Positions 1 to 9,700 of a stretch of 20,000 nucleotides of DNA are shown here, one piece after another. The stretch comes from Vicugna vicugna (Eukaryota). The first letter of the stretch is position 1. Every line of letters begins with the position of its first letter. The position numbers and the translations under genes are program-made. Location: positions 1,109,187-1,129,186 of the forward strand of contig MU057744.1 of NCBI GenBank assembly GCA_013265495.1, written 5' to 3'. The notes below the pieces were generated by a model. That model was not told the DNA's origin. It was given only the letters and a program-made list of their open reading frames with translations, and did no database searches.

Positions 1-559
1 ACCCCTCTGAATTCTGGAGGGCGTACAAAAACAAAACACTACTATATGGCAGATACTAGAAGAAACCATCTACAACCTCAAGGTGTGGTATTAGATAAAA
101 GCACCAACACACGACACACGTGCCTTGGCAGTACTGTCAGAGACAACAGCAGGCTGGCGAAGCCCAAGTCTGTGTAATACTGAAGTAACACAAAAGATCT
201 GTCCTCGTAAACAAAAGAATGGAACAGTACTTTGTTCAGTACAAACACAACCAGTGAGTGCCTCACGCCAGAGGCAGCTGAGTACGGCTCGGATCATCAC
301 CCAGTGAGGATGGTTCAGGGGAGAGTCAGCCGTCAGACACAGAACACCGCAACCCTGAAAATCCGTGGTTCGGTGACACTTTCTGCAAAAGGGAGAGAGC
401 ACTGACTCTCTGTCTGCTGCCGCCCAAGCTGCCTCACACCTCATCCCTAGGATCCTAAGACGCAGCACCTGGGCCTCCGATTTTCAGTTCTGCTCTGACC
501 CACAGGCCAGGCTGTCACTCTGCTCCACGCTCAACCTCCCAGACTCTGCAGCTCCTTAC

Positions 560-751
560 CACTGTGGTAATGACACCTTCCAGCTGCTTTATTTTCTTCT
601 GTAACAAACTGAAGACTCTTGTCGCAAATGGAAAGTGAGTTTCTTTTAAGGATGAACAGCAAGAAACAAGCACAGCCAGGACCACGTGGAAGGTCACTTT
701 CTGCTTCGGGCTACAGGGCTCCTTTTCTCCAATGCTTATTAAATCCTCCAC
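560..751 (-). CDS. HEATR1: HEATR1 exon 17
   Basis: VEDLISIGEKEPCSPKQKVTFHVVLAVLVSCCSSLKETHFPFATRVFSLLQKKIKQLEGVITTV; acceptor cccgag| (GAG), donor |gtaagg; 192 nt. Confidence 0.92.
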
Positions 752-3700
752 CTCGGGAAACGAACATACTCCGTTATTGGTAGCTCTTGGTTTGCACATA
801 AACAATTTTCTCTACTTCTGCTTATCTAGGTATCCTGTATCTCGTATTTAGAGTGAGATGATAAATATAAAGTCTTAAAAAAGTAGTAAGCCTTGATTTC
901 TGAGTAATTATAAAAATAAATAATTTCAGAAATTAACACTGAACGTCACTGTACTTGCCAACTAGATGTTTTTACATCTAATACCTCTGAAAGGTTTATT
1001 TACTAAAGGAAAAGAAAATTTCACCTCTTTTAGATTATTGTTATTTTAACAAAAAAAGTGACTTTACCATTTTAAACGAGAAAAAAAAGGTTAAAAAGTG
1101 CATGATATTGGAGTCCTTCTCCAATATACAACCACAATGAAATAAATGATACTAAATGTTATGAATTTTAAATGATCTGCAAAATATACTAAATAACATT
1201 ATATATTTTTAAAACAAAACAAAGTACTCAAGAATGGAACAGTTATTTTAAAAAAGGCTTTAGTAAAGCAGACACTGAGAATCCAGGGAGACGGGGAGAA
1301 GGAAGTCCAGGGGGTGGCGTGGACTTGGCTGCACACCCACCATCTTTAACATTGAAGAGGGGTCCTCTGACTTTATGTTGTCAGCCAGCAACTCAATCAT
1401 CTTCTGATTTGCTGCACCGATTAGTTCTCCTGGCTTTGTGCTTTTAATCACATTTTCAAGAGCTGTTAAAAAAAAAAAGACTTGAACACCAGAGGGCACT
1501 TACATCACCAACACTCACCTAAAGATCACACAGAGCAAGGAATTCAGGCAAAAGGTTTACAATTTCCTATGAAGGTTTGCTGTCTGTTTTTCCTTTCATC
1601 CAGTTCAGTGGGTCAGCTTCCTTTTCACTATATACTTTTCATCTTAGCAAAAATTTTAAACAGTCTTGCTAGCATGTAACAATTACAGCCAAGTTTTACC
1701 TGTACTTATCTTTTTTTTTTTTTTTTGGTCACCTGTTCACCTTTTCTAAAAAACAACTGAATTTCTTACCTTCTTTCCAACCTCTTAATACAGGGTGCAA
1801 AGAGCAAATTCCTGATTTTGACAAATAGACAGCCATTTTCATCTCAGGGGATTCCACATCGTCACTGTCGATGACCATAAACGGCAGCAGATGCACCACC
1901 ACCTGGTCTGACAGCTGACCATTCCCTCTCAGGACCTCTTCTCTAGTCAGTATGCCTGCTGCTATCTCGAGTACCTTGTACCTAAAAGATACGGAAGCAC
2001 AATTCAGTTGAGAGACACATTAGAGACTTGAGTTCAGCAAAGAATCATCCTGGTCTCTTTACCAAACCCATTACTCACAAATATCAAGACATCACTTAAA
2101 ATCCATGCTAAGGGGAAAGGAAATAGCTCAGTGATAGAGCGTGTGCTTGGCACGCATGAGGTCCTGGGTTCAGTCCCCAGTATCTCCATTAAACCAACCA
2201 ACCTAATCCCCCCCCCCCCCCCCCCCAAAATTGGAGTACAGTCAGTTACGATGTGTCAATTTCTGGTGTGCAGCACAGTGTCCTAGTCATACATGGCATA
2301 TATTTGTTTTCACATTATTTTCCATTAAAGGTTATCACAAGATATTGAACATAGTTCCCTGTGCGATACAGCAGAACTTTTTTTAAAAATCTATTTTTAT
2401 ATATAGTGGCTAACATTTGCAAATCTCAAACTCCAAAATTTAATCCCTTCCCACCCCCTTTCCCCAGTAACCATAAGATTGTTTACTACGTCTGCAAGTC
2501 TGGGACAGTAATCTTAAATGACCTCTGTCAAATCTTTTTTTTAAAGAAATCATTAGGTTAACCACAACGTTAAACATACTATTACACTATATGTCTCAAG
2601 TCCACTAGAAATCAGAGATTCACTTACAAGTCAAAAAATACTGTCCGAGCACACACCGTGCGCTAAGAACTAAACAGGCTACAAAAACCTACGACACGCC
2701 CTCAGCTTCCGAGAAGCTCAGTTGTTTTTCCATGCAAAAGCCCTGGTGTCAAAATGAAATGACAGAAGCCCAGCAAATACTACAGGGGGAACCATGTGCC
2801 TCTAAGCTCATTTTGTGTTTGTTTAATATATTCCTATTTGTTGTTAATTATAAAGTAACATACTACACTCATAAAAAATCAAACACACAGAACTATGCAA
2901 AGTACAAAACTAAAGCTCCTTCCCACCCTCCTCCCCAGATCTCAGCAACACATCACACATTATACTTCTCTTTCCACTGCATTAAGGAAAGTCTCAAACA
3001 CAGAGAACAGCACATGAACCCAAGCAAACCCAAATACAAGTGAGCTTGATATAAGAATTTCACCCATTTATCTGTGTAAGTGAATACGTACCATCCCCTA
3101 TTTTTTGAAAGTTCTGCCCTTTGAAAAAGATTCAGAAGATTTGAAACTGTCACTTCTGAACTGAAGTGTTGTTTGAAAACCTAGAGGAAAAAAAAAACCA
3201 TAAATAATTTTTACTTGCTTCAAATACATACAGTGCTTGTTAAACAAAACTTAAGAAGTTACGAATTATGAAGAATGTATCTCCCAAGAACCCTAGTATC
3301 ATCTAAGTTTGAGAGTGACTTCTCAAAAGCGGCGTTCATGGGCCAATTTTCCACAACCCCCAGGAATTCACTCTTGATAAAAATTCAGTGTCCTTTTCCT
3401 TCTTGAAAGAATTTCCAAATGCATAAAACAGTGCAGTCCAATTACTCCCATGAGCTCTCCCCAACCACGCTTAAGTCTGTGCCCTCAGGAGAACAAATTT
3501 CCCACGGGAGAATAATTTCCCCATATATTCCTGCCAAGAGCAGAGCATCACGTGAGAAAGGGTAAGAAATACTTACAAACAAAACGTGCATTTCAAAACG
3601 AAGTCACTCACCTCAAAAGCGTTCACAGCTGACAAAACAACATCTATACTATCGTCGCCTAATCGGGTTAAAACAGCTTCTTGTATGAAAGACTCGTCGA

Positions 3701-6700
3701 TACTCTCCTGAGCAACAGAAAAAAAGTGTTCAGTTGTTGCTGAAACCTCTTGAGACATGACCCTAGAAAGGAAGCAGGAACACCCCAGAACACCCATCAG
3801 GGGGACACAGGCTCGCGGCCCCAGGTGCAAACGCAGAGCTAAGCACACCTGAGTGAACCAGGCAATCTCAGAAGCTCCTTGTAGATGAGTAGTTGGTACA
3901 AACTCTCCCCAGTTTCCACTGAAGATATAGTAAGATATGATGGAAATGCCATCGTGCTGAAGCAAGAGCCTAGGTACTGGGAGTGCACTGACTAAAGAAC
4001 CAGACTGCCCAGGTCTCAACCCCGCTCCACCACCGCCGGGCCGTGTGACCTCGAGCAAGCTGCTTGCCCTTTCCAGGCCTCCCCGTCCTCATCTATGAAA
4101 CAAGGCTACTGAGAGCGCCCACGTCAAAGGGCCGTTACAGGATTAAACGATACAAGCCCGTGCCTTAAACACTGTTAGAAGCTAGCTGCGAACTTTCAAG
4201 ATTTTTACAAGGACAGAGACACGCACTGAGAAGCCAGTCTGCCAAAAAAAAAAATAAATCCTATTTTTAAGTAACAAAAGACAATAAAGCATACGATCGT
4301 GCACCATGACAGGAAAATAAGACTAACCAAACCGAATCTCTCTCTACCCACAGATGGGGAGAGAGAAAAAAAAGAAACCCTACAAAAAAAAATGTGCATC
4401 AGAAGGTTGGGAGACAAGAAGTAAAACCCCTAGAATTCACAAAACTGAAGTCAAAGCTTCATGTATCAAATGCCAGAATTTCCCCAAAAGCCAACAAAAA
4501 CAGCCCAGTCTGGGTTCTAGAAGAGAAGAGAGCCTACTGCCTGCCACTGACGCAGAAGGGGAAGGAAGTCGAAGCAAAGACAGACGCCGACTGCAGCCAC
4601 AGCACGCAGCCTGTGAAGATGAATGTCTGCATTGCGCTTTGTTGAAAAACTAACACATCCGGAGGCCAGGGGAGGCCAGGATCAAAAAAAGGAAGGCTGA
4701 GAGGGGCTTCCAGACTCAGAGATTCCAGGATAACCTTTTAATTCTAGACACTACAATCTCCCTATTACAAGAAAGAACAGTATTCACTGAGTTTAATTAT
4801 CAAACAAATCAATAAGACAAACTTATCAACCACTTTTAAAATTAGGTATAACTTAAAAATACAAAAGAACAAAAAAATCTTTTTTACATTACAAGTCAAA
4901 TATTAAGGACAGTAAAATTCAAACTGAGATGAATTTAACGTGCTAATTACAATTAGCTGAAATTAAATCCTACATATAACATGCATATGGTTTTAACTGC
5001 CAGGACACAAGTCTGGGGTTCGGTGCGTGCACACCACTGTGTGCTGTGAGGAAACTAAGCTCTGCTACCGTGTTTCTCTTGCCCAGAAATTTTCCAGATA
5101 TGCAAAAGGCAGTACATGAAGTGATCTTAGAAACTACACAGATGAACAGTCCTATTTTAATTTTATTAAGAACAGTAAAATGTATATACAACTAGAACTT
5201 CAAACTCATGATACGAAGGGCTATGTAAAGTAGATGAATTAGATGAGCTACGAGGACACAATGTGCAGCACAGGAAATACAGTCAGTGTTTTAGAACCAC
5301 CTTGCATGGAGTATAATCTACAAAAGTGCCCAATTACTAAGCTGTACACTTGAAACTAACAAGTCGACCATCACTTAATTTTAAAAAGCCTATGTAAAAA
5401 ACGAGTCCACGTGAAGGACGCTGAAGAAAAGCTTTAAGGAAGCAGCGTCAGCGGTGAGCGAACGCGGCAAAAAGTCTGCTTGAATGGCTGACGTTGGGAA
5501 AACACCGCTCTGTGTGAATCACTGTGAAGTCTCTGTAAAACATCATTTTGGTATAAAAGCTTTGTCTACAAATTAAGTTAGCTTCTGTACTTACTACTTG
5601 GAGCCACCAAAATTTTAAACTGTGACTGGCAGGGACTGAAATCATAAGCAGGGCTCCAAAAGCGATCGCTCTGATGTCCCCAAACAGGCTCATGTTAAAT
5701 TTAAGACTATCAAATTCAAGCGTCAAAACTAGAAAATTCTGGTAACGTGTGAACCTCTGTGAATTAATCTATAAATTCTAGCCGGAAAAACTCACCTACA
5801 GCTTAACTAACCACCTATGACAGGGAAACACAGGAGAACAGCTGCCACCCGGGCACACGGGTTACAGCGGTGGCTCCTGGCGTGCAAGGCCTGACTCTCC
5901 GTCCCGTGCACTCTCAGCCGCTTTATTGGGCTTATCTCTGTCATTAACACTGACTCTCGGTGGTGACTTCAGCTTCTTATTCTAGAATTACACTGTTCAT
6001 CGTAAGGATAAGGACGTTAGAAACGAACGCGGACACCAACCTGCGACGTTTCCATGATGTTTCTCAGATGATTAACGGCCAGAAGTCTCACAGGAGCAAG
6101 CGGATGATTCAGACTGAGCATCAAGGAGGTATCAGAATCTGCTAAAAACTAGAGGATTCATCACAATTACCAAATGATTTTGCCATTAAATCTGAGCAGC
6201 GTGCTATCCAAAAGGAAAACCAGAGGAAACCACCCCAAGCTGCCCAACATGTTCAGTAACAACTGTCTGATTCCAGAGACCAAAAAGCAAAGCAAACCAA
6301 AGGTAAAAAGTTAAGCAAAATCTCTGCCTCCAGAACACAGTGTGAATTACAACGTTGTGATTTCGTGTATATCTGTGCCCTTAGGTTGAAAGCAGTGAAG
6401 TAATTCTGTATTCTTTATGTACATCTGATTCCAAGGTGAAAAACACCAAAGACAAATCACTGTATTAGCACCTAAATGAAAATATGAATTAAAAAAATTG
6501 ATCGCTGAGTGCAGTCTACAAGAGGCAGGTAGGTCGGGCGTGAGTCAAGGCCGGGCCGACAGCCCTGCGCCAGAGCAAGCAGCAGCTGAGAGGAGCGCCA
6601 CGCCACTAAGCCAAGGAAACCACCCCACCGAGTGGCCTCCTGGCCCCGAGCAGGTGCTGGCCTCAGCAGACAGGTGTGGAGGGGAGTGGGGGTGGAGGTC

Positions 6701-9700
6701 CCGCTGCCACGAGGAATCACAGCTGATTATGGAAGGCTCTCACAAGAGTAACGCTTCAGAAACAGCACCTCAATCTAACTCAACAGTTCAGGGACCCCCT
6801 ATTCCTTGTATTACTCAACAACCTCATCAGCAAGTGACGAGTCTCCGGACTCATTCAACACACGGGCTCCGCACAGAAAGCCCATGGGATCCTAGCACGG
6901 CGCCCATCTGCAGAGATCTTTTCAAAGATCGAGCTTCTGAAAATACCTGGGGCAGGAAAGGAGAAGGAGAAAACCCTGGAGTTTCTGCTGTCACTTCCAG
7001 TCTGATCAGACTAGCACCGGACGGCACACTGCCACTGCCCCTAGTGGAGCCTTATAGCTGGCCAGCCCAGGCAGATAGGGTCCAGGGGCTTCACATGCCT
7101 CCCACGACAAACTCAGAGGGTCCCCAGCAAGGCACAACGCTCCAGCAGGCACAAGCCTCTGCTGGGTGGTAATACTTGTGCGCAGCAACCAGGCAGCTGC
7201 ATAAACCACGCCGGGAGCTACACAGACACACCTTCAGCCACTTGCTACCACAAACTGCGGTGATGGCATCTCCTGTGCCCTTACATCTCAGACAACTCCG
7301 ACAGAGGGCCCCCAAGGAAAGGAGAAATAAGACTGATGAAAAACACAGCAGCTGCTCAAGAACGCCACAGAGAGAAGAAAGAGTGTGTGAAATACTGGAA
7401 AACCGAGCTACAGTCCTGGAAAATCAAAGTAAAAATCTAACAGAAAAGTTAAAAACTCTGAAGGATCTTTATTCTAATAAAAGTGCTTGATTCTTAAAGA
7501 AAATACTTCTGCAGACTTGCCTAAAAAGTAGATGGGGTTCTTTTCTTTTTGATGGAGCTTTATAAATTAAAAGGTCAAAAATGAAGCTTTTTATTTAGGC
7601 TTTTGCAACTCAAAAATATCTTATGCAAGAGATCTGGTGACAGAGGATAAAGCAGAAAATGACCTCAAGGAAGTTACTGGCACAACTGGAAGCTCTGTAA
7701 AAATTAAACCTACTCAAGAAGAAATGAACGTTCACCAGCTACCACCAATAGATTCTAAACTACAAGCAGAAAAGCTGACACATAACTATATATATAAATT
7801 ATGTGCTCTGATTACATGCGCTTGTTCTACTGTCGGATCTTAAATGGGTGTTTAAAAGCTTGTTTATTGGACTTGAAAGGGTTCTGAGATGGGGTTAATC
7901 ATGTTTGAGGCCTTGTCCTAAAAGGCATCTAAGGTGCATGAATGGAGTGTGGTGACTCTGTAACAGTTTTTATCAGAATGCAAAGAGAATTGTTTAAAAG
8001 TCTGATGCTTTTAGTTCGTTTTTTTGGTTACTCTGGGAATGGGGATTTCCTACAAATATTTAATAAATTGTTTTTTGATTCTCTACTCCAACTGCAGTTG
8101 AACATACACTACTTATTTTGTTGTGCTTTACCAGAATGGAATGCTTACAGGCCCTTGAGATGATATTAGAGGATTTAAAAATCTTTCTGAAGATGCAGAC
8201 CAAGGTTTTCCAAGAAGATTTTATAATCAATTTAATGCAAGGTTTATCAGATTCTAAAACAGTAGCGTTATTAAGGCAATTTTATGTTAGAGACTGTTTT
8301 GTAATGTACCAAATGGTACCTATGTAAGGAAAGTGACTGTCAAGATATTTTTATAGCTAATCTTTATAAATTCTGAAGTTGTTTTTAATTATTATTTTAA
8401 AGGTTTATATAGGTTGTTAGTTAAAAGAAGTATTCTGCACCTCAGAGCATCATTTTTGTATTATGAGAAGTTTCCAGATTGGCTGGTATTTGAACTGTAG
8501 GTTTTGTATGCAGTTTACCCAGAGTTCAAAACCGCTGGTCAGTACACCCGGGTTTAAACCTCTGTGTTCCAATCTGTACATACTCTGAAATTGTCCCGCA
8601 AAACTCCTGTGTGCTTCTTATACAATACGTATCACATTGTTGTCTATGAAATCGAAGGACATTTGATAAAATTTTTAAAAATTGATCACTGAAGAGAGAA
8701 TGCAATTTATCTGAATGATACAACAGTGACATTCAGATTAGTGACAACTTAGGTTATTTACGTATTTCGACTAAGAAGGAAGTCCATCAACCTACAATTT
8801 GGGAATAAAATACCAATAAAGATCAAAGCCTAATTACGGATGAGAACAACCAAAATAATTATACTTTTATTCATAATATTTATTTTCTAGGCTAATTATA
8901 AGAACTACTTAAACGTCTAACTTTTAGTATAAAGACTTAGGGTGAATTACCAGAAAATCCCTGAAGTTCTAACATAACACTTTCCCTAAGTATGACATGC
9001 ACAGTTATTAAAAAATTAATTGCACCCTTCTCCAGTTATCTAATTCCTGTCTCAGAGTCTTACTTCAGGTGACGAGGCAAACCTGCATAAAACCTTCTCT
9101 CTCCATGAAACTTTCCAAAGAGAGGAGTGAGGTAGCAAACTTCCTTCCCGGGCTCTTCACGCGACCACATCCGTGCGGCACCCGCAAGTGTCATCAACCC
9201 CCAAGGCAAAGCTACCTGGTACTTTCCTCCGCTTGTAGAAAGGGAGATAAACTGGTGGAAAAGCTCCTGCTTCTTCACGTCTGTGACCTCCTTCAGGTGC
9301 TCCTCTAACACAGCATCTAATGTTCTGGGGTACCTGGGATGAAATCGAAGGGTTAGTTTGTTATTTCCAATAAAAGTATTAACCACACACGCTGTATCTG
9401 CATAAAGGAGAAATGAAACTTTTAAAACTACTGAGACTGAAACTTAAATTTGGACAAACGGAGTATGCAAACTGATCCCAATCAATTATCATCACTGCTT
9501 CAACACCGGAAAGTCTCTCTGTAAAAAATCATACACTCATAGTCCCCACACCACCCGTATTTCCTCTCGCATTTCAGGCACGGTGAGACCCTGAAACTGC
9601 CCCCCCCGAAAGGAAGCAAAGAGCAGGCTTCGTACAGTCCAGTCCCTGTATTAAGCTGTGGCCTGAGGACCACCTCTTCACAAACAAGAAGCCACACACG

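Noticed and set aside
1..40. Possible start of HEATR1 exon 18 (pyrimidine tract plus CAG on the minus strand)
   Set aside because: Downstream bases do not translate to the expected EIPSEW-like peptide; the exon probably lies outside the window.
2112..2188. tRNA-Ala gene
   Set aside because: Degenerate B box (GGTTCAG), mismatched stems and a SINE-type tail indicate a tRNA-derived SINE.
3702..3712. NAGNAG (CAGGAG) acceptor at exon 13
   Set aside because: The distal GAG is rarely used when a proximal CAG exists; the proximal site fits the protein.
2231..5386. Inverted L1 3' fragments flanking exons 13-14 as circRNA/dsRNA drivers
   Set aside because: The shared part is short and looks too divergent by eye for stable pairing.
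7637..8732. Short ORFs in 7.6-8.7 kb
   Set aside because: They lie mostly in the ATF1 3'UTR-derived part, mostly use non-ATG starts, and resemble no protein I recognise.
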